Shown here: in pieces, positions 56,658 to 64,000 of the stretch
How the letters are laid out: each line of letters begins with the position of its first letter
Position numbering within the stretch: the first letter of the stretch is position 1
DNA from: a virus
Lineage: Duplodnaviria; Heunggongvirae; Uroviricota; Caudoviricetes
Strand: one strand, 5' to 3'
DNA: 64,000 nucleotides
Virus record (IMG/VR): IMGVR_UViG_3300028591_000140
The notes under the pieces: generated by a model
Told to the model about the DNA's origin: nothing
The model's database searches: none
What the model saw: the letters and a program-made list of their open reading frames with translations, nothing else
Translations under genes and position numbers: made by a program

Positions 56658-57218
56658 TTAGAAACCGGCCTTATGAAGAAAGTCCTGAACAGCCCATTTA
56701 CCCGTGGTCGAAGCCCAGAATACAGCATCTTTTGCGGCAGTAGCTGCATACTGGCCGATCTTCTGATCCAGACCTGTCACATGTGCAACAGTATAAAGAG
56801 CCGCTGCACTGGCTGAAGCTCTTGCAATGTTGCCGGTAGCCGCATTGATCAGGCCACGACCAGTCTTCTCGACTTTATTGACTGTGTCTTTCCGCGTACG
56901 CTCAGCTCTTGCCTTAGCTGCATGTTTGCCCATGTCCTGAAGAGCGAGCTGACGTTCAAACTCTTCCTTGTACAGAGGATCCGTGCTCCGCTGCTTTACG
57001 GTCTCCCGAATGAGCTTGCGGCGAGTGCCAGCGCCTTCACCATAGAACATCTTGGCTCTGGCGTACTCTTTGGCGTCCTTCGCAGCAGCGCGTTTTGTCG
57101 AGTTCGGGATCTTGTGACCCAGTTCCTCAGGAGTTCGACGGACGCCCCATTTCATGCCCTTGATGCCAAAGTGAAGCATGTCCTCAAGTGTGTTGAATTC
57201 ATACCCATAGTAGTTCAT
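56658..57218 (-). CDS. Shared-motif protein 1 (N-terminal YGYEF ... HFGIKGMKWGVRR), 186 aa
   Basis: N-terminal motif shared by six proteins in this window; the rest is an A/K-rich low-complexity domain. Confidence 0.55.
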   Translation of the reverse strand: MNYYGYEFNTLEDMLHFGIKGMKWGVRRTPEELGHKIPNSTKRAAAKDAKEYARAKMFYGEGAGTRRKLIRETVKQRSTDPLYKEEFERQLALQDMGKHAAKARAERTRKDTVNKVEKTGRGLINAATGNIARASASAAALYTVAHVTGLDQKIGQYAATAAKDAVFWASTTGKWAVQDFLHKAGF

Positions 57219-57410
57219 ATGACAACCTCCTTAAAATATAAAAAGAAGAAAGAGCCTTGCCTAAGCTCCTTCTTCTCTTACAGTTAGTTGATGTGTACGC
57301 TGTCAAGAATGTACACGATCGGGAGAACAACCGTAGCGACTAAGGATATTAAAATCAAGTCTGCCACAGTGTCTCTAAGATCCTGCCTCTCTGACATATC
57401 TCCACCTCCT

Positions 57411-57437
57411 TCTATTAAGAAGGCTGTAAATCGTGCG
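57411..57437 (-). promoter_or_regulatory. Conserved promoter-like motif copy (variant)
   Basis: ctattaagaaggctgtaaatcgtgcgg. Confidence 0.4.
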
Positions 57438-57445
57438 GGCCTGCA

Positions 57446-58798
57446 TTACTGATTACGATAATAGTTTCGAACAATATCGTTGTAGGAAAGATTCGTATTC
57501 GGGTGTTCTTTTCTATAATCAGCAACAATTTTATCACGCTGTTTCGTCGTCATAGCAGAACTCGCCACTTTTGCGCCAACAGCCATGCCGCCATAAAGTG
57601 CAGCCTGGGGAGCAATTGCTTTCAGAGACACGTCCAGCATGGCGCTTTGAGCATGCTTATTGATGGTGTCTTGCCCAAGTTTGGTGACTTTATCAACAGA
57701 TACTTTTCCGGAATTCAGCACAATGACTGGAGTCTTAGTCATAAAGCCAGAATACTTCTTGTCATTAAAGTCCATAATAGCGTCATAGCCCTTATTCCGC
57801 ATTGTCTGATAAAAAGCTTGTGTAGTTTTTGCATTCTGGTCGGCAAGCGTAATATTAAAAGCTTTATACACAGCGGAGTCAACTTTACCAGATTTCAGAT
57901 GATTAAGAGCCTTATCAAGCGCTACTCTCTGAGCGCCAGTAGTACCCATTCTGGCCATATTAATTTCGTCCATCAAATCTTTCTTGAATCCACTATCTTT
58001 TGCCATCTCTGCGAGAGCACTGGTTGCAGACTTCGTGGAAGCCATCTTAAGCTGCTGCGTAGTATTCAGTGTTTTCTGATAAACAGATTTACCTTGTCCA
58101 GAAAGCTGCTGCGCATAATAGCCAGTATACTTTTTGACATCCATTTTGTTCTTCGAGAAAACAGCATAGAAGCCATCTCGTACAGAGGCTGAATCAGAGG
58201 TAGCAACACGAGACATAGATGTTCCAGTGTCAATAAGTTTATCAAAGTTATACTCTTTGTACTTTGCAGCGCCATATGCCACAGCCGCAGTTACTGCTAC
58301 AGCGCCAGCCACCTTGAGCATTTTCTCAGTTCGCTCTCGCTTATAAGCAGCGATCTCAGCCTCTTCTTGATTCATGCCCTTCTCTTTATACTGCTCAATC
58401 AGCTTCTCACGTCTGGCACTGATCTTGTCTTCTTTGTTCAGCTTTTCCTTAATACCTTCGTCTTTAAGATCCTCTTTGGCAAAAGTAGTTTCATTCTTAG
58501 CCTTAATAAGTTTCTTTTGCGCCTCTTCGTTATATACCATGCCACCAGCAGTTTTCCGATTATACTCACCTTTGGCTGCCTTTTCCAAAAGTTTGGCATT
58601 TTCGAGTCGAGCTTTTGCACCAGCCTTATCTACTGGATGATAGTTTTCGCCAGTGCCCTTACCGAAATAACGTTCTTTACCTGCTGCATTAAACGATCCA
58701 TCTTCATTCTGCCATCTACGAACGCCCCAATGCATTCCTTTAATGCCATGGTGAGTAATGTCGCTTTCGCAAGCAAATGCGTATCCATACATTTCCAT
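57446..58798 (-). CDS. Shared-motif protein 2 (MEMYGYAF ... HHGIKGMHWGVRRWQNEDGS), 450 aa
   Basis: Same N-terminal motif; large C-terminal domain of unknown function. Confidence 0.55.
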   Translation of the reverse strand: MEMYGYAFACESDITHHGIKGMHWGVRRWQNEDGSFNAAGKERYFGKGTGENYHPVDKAGAKARLENAKLLEKAAKGEYNRKTAGGMVYNEEAQKKLIKAKNETTFAKEDLKDEGIKEKLNKEDKISARREKLIEQYKEKGMNQEEAEIAAYKRERTEKMLKVAGAVAVTAAVAYGAAKYKEYNFDKLIDTGTSMSRVATSDSASVRDGFYAVFSKNKMDVKKYTGYYAQQLSGQGKSVYQKTLNTTQQLKMASTKSATSALAEMAKDSGFKKDLMDEINMARMGTTGAQRVALDKALNHLKSGKVDSAVYKAFNITLADQNAKTTQAFYQTMRNKGYDAIMDFNDKKYSGFMTKTPVIVLNSGKVSVDKVTKLGQDTINKHAQSAMLDVSLKAIAPQAALYGGMAVGAKVASSAMTTKQRDKIVADYRKEHPNTNLSYNDIVRNYYRNQ

Positions 58799-58865
58799 TT
58801 TGAAATCTCCTATAAAAAAAAGAAAAGCCGCTGTAGAGCGACCCTTCTTTTATGGTGAGATCTAT

Positions 58866-59078
58866 TTACTTCGATTTTTCAGCAAGAATTTGTTCGATAA
58901 GCTGCTTAGTAATTGCTATATCCGGATGCTTTTGCTGATACTCCTGAATAAGCTTCATCTGTTCATCAAAGAAACCCTCAGCAAGTCCGGGGCTACAATA
59001 CATCGGTTGAGTCTTTAGCTTGATGATAGGGCCTACAACGGGCAGATGTGTGAGAAGGAAATAGGTGGTTTTCTTCAT
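58866..59078 (-). CDS. Hypothetical small protein
   Basis: 70-aa ORF. Confidence 0.35.
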   Translation of the reverse strand: MKKTTYFLLTHLPVVGPIIKLKTQPMYCSPGLAEGFFDEQMKLIQEYQQKHPDIAITKQLIEQILAEKSK

Positions 59079-59869
59079 CTTAACTCCTCCAATCCAGTCT
59101 CAATTTCTTTATAGATCTTGAGTAAATATGGATCAAAGTATAGCTTGACCCGATGCTGCATCCAAGAAGGAACCCCATAGAAAGCTCCGGCAATACTACC
59201 AGTAATGCAGGCCAGAGTATCGCTGTCTCCACCAACACTCACGGCTGTTCGAATGGCATCCTCAAAACTCTCGGATTCAAAGAATGCTTCGAGTGCCTGA
59301 GGAACAGTATACTGGCAAGTTTCATTGAATTGATAGAAAGGCCGAATCTCATCTATCGTGAAGTCTAAATCGTAATAGGTCTTTGCGAGGTCGAGCAGTT
59401 CTTCTTTTGTCCAGCCATGCAAAGCACCCCAGACAAGACATGCCGTAGCTTCGGCGCCTTTTAGTCCTTCCGGATGATTGTGAGTTACACCAGTTACAAT
59501 AGCGCTGAGCTCTTTTACCTCGTCCATGGTAGCTGCAAAATATCCTACCAGACTTACACGCATCGCCGCACCGTTGCCATAGCTGTAATATGGCTGCGGA
59601 TTATCCGAGTACATCCATCTGTAAAAACGACCACCAAATCCACAAGCAGGATACGGACGACCTATCTCTTGCATCATCTCAACCGTATGCTTGGCCAAGT
59701 CCAAATCAGGATTCTTTCTCCAGTCCAGAAGAGCTTTGCCTACAGCCAGAGTCATGATGCTGTCATCAGTAATCGAACAGTTTCTTGCGAAAATATCGAA
59801 GTCTTTCGATCTATAGTTATTAAATTCGAACCGAGAACCTGCCACATCTCCAATAATTGCTCCGAGCAA
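59075..59869 (-). CDS. ADP-ribosylglycohydrolase (ARH/DraG family)
   Basis: MLGAIIGDVAGSRFEF N-terminus and SVGGDSDTLACITGSIAGA C-terminal block characteristic of the ARH family. Confidence 0.65.
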   Translation of the reverse strand: MLGAIIGDVAGSRFEFNNYRSKDFDIFARNCSITDDSIMTLAVGKALLDWRKNPDLDLAKHTVEMMQEIGRPYPACGFGGRFYRWMYSDNPQPYYSYGNGAAMRVSLVGYFAATMDEVKELSAIVTGVTHNHPEGLKGAEATACLVWGALHGWTKEELLDLAKTYYDLDFTIDEIRPFYQFNETCQYTVPQALEAFFESESFEDAIRTAVSVGGDSDTLACITGSIAGAFYGVPSWMQHRVKLYFDPYLLKIYKEIETGLEELR

Positions 59870-59913
59870 TATGATTCCTCCCTTAAATATACAGAAGATT
59901 TGCCAAATCTTCT

Positions 59914-60141
59914 TTAGTTAGATTTATACTGACACTGTGCTTTCTTTTCACTCAGATCGCTCAACTGATACGGTTTTGCTTTCGGATACTTCTGGCAGAA
60001 GCCCTTGTCGCATCCTTTTGCTAAAACCTTGCCATTGACCTCATAGTCTTTTTCGGCGTACTTACAACCTTCACACTGACTATAAGTCTCTCGTTTCCAA
60101 AGGACTTGCTCAGTGTTATACTTTGCGTTCTTTGAATCCAT
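59914..60141 (-). CDS. Small Cys-rich protein
   Basis: CEGC ... C ... C pattern. Confidence 0.35.
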   Translation of the reverse strand: MDSKNAKYNTEQVLWKRETYSQCEGCKYAEKDYEVNGKVLAKGCDKGFCQKYPKAKPYQLSDLSEKKAQCQYKSN

Positions 60142-60259
60142 GATCTACACCTCCTCGACCATTATACCACATGCTCAATCAGTTCTACAAATACATCTTT
60201 CACTTGGAACAGCGGTGGAATGGTCTCCGGCATCTAAAGGATAATTTGAAGTCCTCTTT

Positions 60260-60799
60260 TTAAACATAGACAAATCTTTGTTCATCTACGTCCCAAACAG
60301 TATGCGCGGCTTTGTCGGCTGCTCTTTCAGCACGCTTTTTGTTGATAGCCATCTTTGCTGCTACTCCTGCTGTATAAGCGACTTTAGCGGCAGACTTTGT
60401 GGCACGACCGTCATTGAATGCAAAGTCAATTGTCACGTCCAATGCGGCTTTTGTTAGCATTCGTTTGACAATTTGACGGCCCTTTTCTGCACGAACAGCA
60501 GCTTTATAGCTTTTACCTTTATCAAGCTTTTCTCGAATTCTTTTATAACCCTCATCACCAAATCGAATCTGATCTTTTGTTCGACGATTATACTGTTCCG
60601 CAGTAGTACGATGCCCTTCGCCATAAACTTCAGCAGTTTTTGATTCATTTCCATAGCGTCTCTGCCCCGCCGCAGTCAAAGAGCCATCTTCATTCTGAAA
60701 GCGTCGAACGCCCCATTTCATGCCCTTGATGCCATGGTGCTGGAGATCGGATTCGCATGTAAAAACATAACCGTAATAGTTCATTATTAGATCCTCCAA
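60260..60799 (-). CDS. Shared-motif protein 3 (MNYYGYVF ... HHGIKGMKWGVRRFQNEDGS), 179 aa
   Basis: Same N-terminal motif. Confidence 0.55.
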   Translation of the reverse strand: MEDLIMNYYGYVFTCESDLQHHGIKGMKWGVRRFQNEDGSLTAAGQRRYGNESKTAEVYGEGHRTTAEQYNRRTKDQIRFGDEGYKRIREKLDKGKSYKAAVRAEKGRQIVKRMLTKAALDVTIDFAFNDGRATKSAAKVAYTAGVAAKMAINKKRAERAADKAAHTVWDVDEQRFVYV

Positions 60800-60881
60800 T
60801 TAGTATGCTATTGGGTTTCTGGCATAATTACTTTTGCCCATCTTATACACATTTTCGATATAAAAGGACAATTCCTGCATA

Positions 60882-61493
60882 TTAAAAATCATACTTAGTA
60901 AGATCCATTTTCATGGAAGTTAAGCCGCCCCAAACATCGTCATCTTCAGAAATTTGTTTTCCCGCCACAAATCCAAGTTTTTCATAAATATGACGTGCAT
61001 CAGGAGAATCGCCAGGAACTTCGAGAGTCATGGTCTTGTATCCTCGTTCTTTGCATTCATGAGCAGCAGCCATCAAACTGGCAGTTGCATAGCCGTTTCC
61101 TCGCTGCTTCGAATTAATACCAAGCCAAACCACATTGACGGACGTAGGTGATTCTTGATATAATTCAAGGTCACCAATTCGCTTCTCTCCAATTTTGATT
61201 TCAAAATTTTTGGTATTCATCTGCTCTTTATAAACATGTTTAGATCCACGAGCAAGAATCTTGGCAAATGTACCTTTTTCAAGCTGTTCAATCGTGATCG
61301 GTGTCCCATCTTTGCCCTTGGCACTTAAAACTGACTTCTCATAATAATTGCTATTAAGAGTCTTTTCTCGTGGCGAACGATCTTCCGGGTCTAAAGGATA
61401 GGGAGGTCCGTTTCTCTTACCCCATTTCTGGCCCAAAATCCCATGGTGCTCGAGATCTTCTTCCCGAGTAAACTCGTATCCATACATTTCCAT
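60882..61493 (-). CDS. Shared-motif protein 4: N-terminal MEMYGYEF ... HHGILGQKWGKR motif fused to a GNAT acetyltransferase domain
   Basis: GNAT acetyl-CoA-binding block QRGNGYATASLMAAAHECKERGYKTMTLEV ... YEKLGF. Confidence 0.6.
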   Translation of the reverse strand: MEMYGYEFTREEDLEHHGILGQKWGKRNGPPYPLDPEDRSPREKTLNSNYYEKSVLSAKGKDGTPITIEQLEKGTFAKILARGSKHVYKEQMNTKNFEIKIGEKRIGDLELYQESPTSVNVVWLGINSKQRGNGYATASLMAAAHECKERGYKTMTLEVPGDSPDARHIYEKLGFVAGKQISEDDDVWGGLTSMKMDLTKYDF

Positions 61494-61557
61494 TTTGAAA
61501 TCTCCTTAAAAAAGAGAAGCTAACTGTGTTTTAGTCAACTTCTCTTTTAGTATGCTA

Positions 61558-61941
61558 TTAGATTCTCGGGGTGATTGCCTTGACCCATCCAAGGCAGGTT
61601 TTGTTCAGTATTGTCGTCTCCTCGAGAGTTCCAGTCAGCACAATCGCCGCTAAGGTGCCGGTTACGGTCAGACCGATCTTGGCGAGTCCGATGACTGCTT
61701 CCATCTTGGCCTGCTTCAGTCGATCGGCGGCCTCTTTCTCAGCCAGCGCCTGCTTTGCTTCGTCGAGCTTGCGCTTCAGCTCATTATTGAGGTCGTCGTC
61801 TCTGGCCTTGCAGTCCTCATGGAATGCATTCAGCAACTCGTGATAGTTCTTCAACGCATCCGTATATTCCTTATCCGCCGGATTGAGCTCCTGGATCTTC
61901 CCAAAGATCCTCTCCAATTCCTTAAGCATTTCCTCTTGCAT
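61558..61941 (-). CDS. Coiled-coil protein with C-terminal TM helix
   Basis: E/K-rich coiled coil followed by AVIGLAKIGLTVTGTLAAIVLTG. Confidence 0.45.
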   Translation of the reverse strand: MQEEMLKELERIFGKIQELNPADKEYTDALKNYHELLNAFHEDCKARDDDLNNELKRKLDEAKQALAEKEAADRLKQAKMEAVIGLAKIGLTVTGTLAAIVLTGTLEETTILNKTCLGWVKAITPRI

Positions 61942-61973
61942 AATTCTTACAATCCCCTTTCAAATAATAGGTT

Positions 61974-62000
61974 CTACTATAAGAGGTGCAATTCTTGCGG
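61974..62000 (-). promoter_or_regulatory. Conserved promoter-like motif copy
   Basis: ctactataagaggtgcaattcttgcgg. Confidence 0.5.
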
Positions 62001-62091
62001 GTTCATTTCATAAAAATAGAGGCCCTTCCAAAATGGAAAGACCTCTTGTAGATGCTATTACTTTATCACAGGTTTTGGACCCCTGCATACG

Positions 62092-62523
62092 TTAAATTCC
62101 TTTTCTTTGACTTAATAGCCAAAAGAATTTACGATAAGCGTCATAATACATATCCTTGCCACAAGGAATCTGGTGAATGGCTTGAAGAGTTACGAAAGGA
62201 ATCCCTTCAGTTACTGCCAGCAAGAGATAATGCTTCAATTCAGAAGATGCATCGGTTGCCGCCTGTTCAACAAGTGTAATGGCTCGCTGAAGATCAACTC
62301 TTGACTCGGCCAATCTCGCTGTAGGATCAGATGGCTCAGAACCGTGCACTGTCCCAAGTTTCACGGCTTCCATTTTGATTTCAAGCTCAGACAGCATCTT
62401 TTTCCACTCAGGGTATTGCAGACAAAAGTGCTTAAGCTCGTAGTACCGATGCTTTGAAATCCAATACCTATTTTTACAAGACAATTCAGGTTTTAACTCC
62501 GGCATACTTATCGCTCCTTTCAT
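62092..62523 (-). CDS. Hypothetical protein (possible ArpU/RinA-like phage transcription regulator; weak)
   Basis: Size and position next to the HTH and integrase only. Confidence 0.3.
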   Translation of the reverse strand: MKGAISMPELKPELSCKNRYWISKHRYYELKHFCLQYPEWKKMLSELEIKMEAVKLGTVHGSEPSDPTARLAESRVDLQRAITLVEQAATDASSELKHYLLLAVTEGIPFVTLQAIHQIPCGKDMYYDAYRKFFWLLSQRKGI

Positions 62524-62792
62524 AATCCACAGATGTAACGCAAAATCTCATTTGAACAATTCGCCAGTCGCAATGCATTCGTGATGACACCGAATGGCGC
62601 TTTCTCGAATGCTTGAACTTGGTGACGGTATCTCCAGAGAGTGGAGCAATTGATTCCTAATTGAAATGCGAGATCTGATGTGGTATAATGATTGGCGCGA
62701 AGGTATTCATTTACAACTGCATCAAAACGATCCATCCGTTTTGAGAGTCGATCAGTCCGTTTAGCCTCTTCGGTTAATAAGACCTTGGGCAT
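62520..62792 (-). CDS. HTH DNA-binding regulator (Cro/excisionase-like), divergent from the integrase
   Basis: TTSDLAFQLGINCSTLWRY helix-turn-helix; inverted repeat TTGTGATG ... TTATCACAA lies in the divergent intergenic region 62793-62980. Confidence 0.5.
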   Translation of the reverse strand: MPKVLLTEEAKRTDRLSKRMDRFDAVVNEYLRANHYTTSDLAFQLGINCSTLWRYRHQVQAFEKAPFGVITNALRLANCSNEILRYICGL

Positions 62793-62980
62793 TGTTCATT
62801 ATTCCTTTCTGTTTGTGATGCCGGCTCGAATATGGTTTATCACAACGAATGCAGAAAGGCAATAAGAAAAGTTACAGAATGGTTGCAGGGGCGCACGAAT
62901 GGTTTCATTTCCGCACGTATCTGTACCAAACTTTTCAAACGAAATTTGTTCAAGTGTTACAAAAATCGAGGAGGATAGCA

Positions 62981-63991
62981 ATGAAAGTACCGACCCCTAA
63001 AAGGCTCCCATCCGGATCATGGCGCATCCAATTGATGGTGAATGGACACAAATATAGCATCACAGATAAGGACCCGAAAGTCTGCAAGCAACGAGCAAAA
63101 GAGATCTATGCCGGTATTGAGCAAGAGAAACGGACAAGTCTAACCGTTGGGCAAGCAATAGACAAATATATCGAAACCCAAGAGGGGACTCTTTCTCCAT
63201 CAACTCTGAGCGTCTACAAAAGGTATCGCCGAAATTATCTCCAGCTTTTAATGCCCTGTGCGGTTAACGACCTCACTCCAGAGCTCGTCCAATTGGCGAT
63301 CAGCAAAGACTCTCAGCAAGGAAAAAGTCCAAAGACTATCCGAAATGCCTATGGACTATTGACCGCTACTCTCAAACTTTACCGTCCAAAATTCAAGCCA
63401 GAAAGCAAACTGCCCCAGAAGGAAGTACATGAAATCGTAATTCCAACTGAGACGGAGATGAAACAAATTTGGGCTGAAGCAAAAGGGACAAAATCTGAGA
63501 TCCCAATTTTGCTTGCATCCTGGCTTGGACTTCGTATGTCTGAGGTTCGTGGACTTAAATACGCAGACTTCAAAGGGAACCAAGTCCACATTCAGAGAGC
63601 TGTCGTCCGTACAAGTGATGGAGATGTTGAGAAAAAGACGAAAAGTTACTCTGGAGATCGCTGGATTACCTGTCCAAAATACATTCTCGATTTACTTGCA
63701 GCTCAAGAGAATAAGGGCGAGTATGTGTGCAGGTATTCGGAGTCCACGATCTACAATGGGTTTGTCCGAGTCTGCGAGAGAGCTGGTATCCAGCATTACC
63801 GTTTTCATGATTTACGCCATTTCGCTGCATCTGAAGCTCATTCTCTGGGGATCCCCGACAAATATCAGATGAAACGAATGGGGCACAAGACGGATAACAT
63901 GCTTAAGAATGTATACCAGCATACAATCCGAGACAAAGAAGACGCCTTCGCAACTTTAATAGATGATCATATGACTGAACTTCTGGCTTAA
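62981..63991 (+). CDS. int: Tyrosine recombinase/integrase
   Basis: C-terminal HDLRHFAAS ... MGHKTDNMLKNVYQHT (R..HxxR..Y catalytic pattern). AGGAGG SD before ATG at 62981. The only credible plus-strand gene. Confidence 0.8.
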   Translation: MKVPTPKRLPSGSWRIQLMVNGHKYSITDKDPKVCKQRAKEIYAGIEQEKRTSLTVGQAIDKYIETQEGTLSPSTLSVYKRYRRNYLQLLMPCAVNDLTPELVQLAISKDSQQGKSPKTIRNAYGLLTATLKLYRPKFKPESKLPQKEVHEIVIPTETEMKQIWAEAKGTKSEIPILLASWLGLRMSEVRGLKYADFKGNQVHIQRAVVRTSDGDVEKKTKSYSGDRWITCPKYILDLLAAQENKGEYVCRYSESTIYNGFVRVCERAGIQHYRFHDLRHFAASEAHSLGIPDKYQMKRMGHKTDNMLKNVYQHTIRDKEDAFATLIDDHMTELLA

Positions 63992-64000
63992 TTTCACACG

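Overview
The window looks like part of a large, probably temperate, phage or prophage genome. About 100 genes are transcribed almost entirely on the minus strand; the only clear plus-strand gene is a tyrosine integrase at the right end (62981..63991). Translation start regions show strong AGGAGG-type Shine-Dalgarno sequences. All domain calls below are read from sequence motifs by eye; no database search or alignment was run.

Recognisable modules:
- Replication/recombination: a 1340-aa single polypeptide fusing an SF3 helicase, an AEP prim-pol and a family-B DNA polymerase; an SSB-like protein; an SF2 helicase; VRR-NUC and PD-(D/E)xK nucleases; an ATP-dependent ligase; a DEDDh exonuclease.
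- Nucleotide metabolism: serine hydroxymethyltransferase, a degenerate ThyX-like protein, dCTP deaminase, guanylate-kinase-like kinase, a radical-SAM enzyme, an HD hydrolase.
- A 901-aa protein with a beta-prime-like NADFDGD catalytic signature, a candidate single-subunit non-canonical RNA polymerase.
- A tRNA-Pro gene.
- A Ro60/TROVE-vWA protein gene followed by a ~1.6-kb non-coding array of tRNA-like elements.

The most unusual findings:
1. The Ro60/TROVE gene sits directly upstream of at least five tRNA-mimicking RNA modules. These carry the GGUAGUG Ro-binding-stem signature and a circularly permuted tRNA-like order (T-arm, closed acceptor hairpin, D-arm). This is the architecture described for bacterial YrlA-type Y RNAs. 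A CCA-ending tRNA-like gene in the same array carries a ~58-nt insertion of the same element.
2. Six proteins, including the RNAP-like protein and a GNAT acetyltransferase, share a short HHGIKGMKWGVRR-type motif fused to unrelated domains. I suspect a common virion-targeting or cargo module.
3. At least 14 copies of a conserved promoter-like element (minus-strand sense TTTTTCGCAAG-N-CTTATAATG) are spread across the window.
4. Two iteron-like repeat arrays are present: CTAAATATCTTAT at the left end and AACTATCACAAA next to the replication genes.
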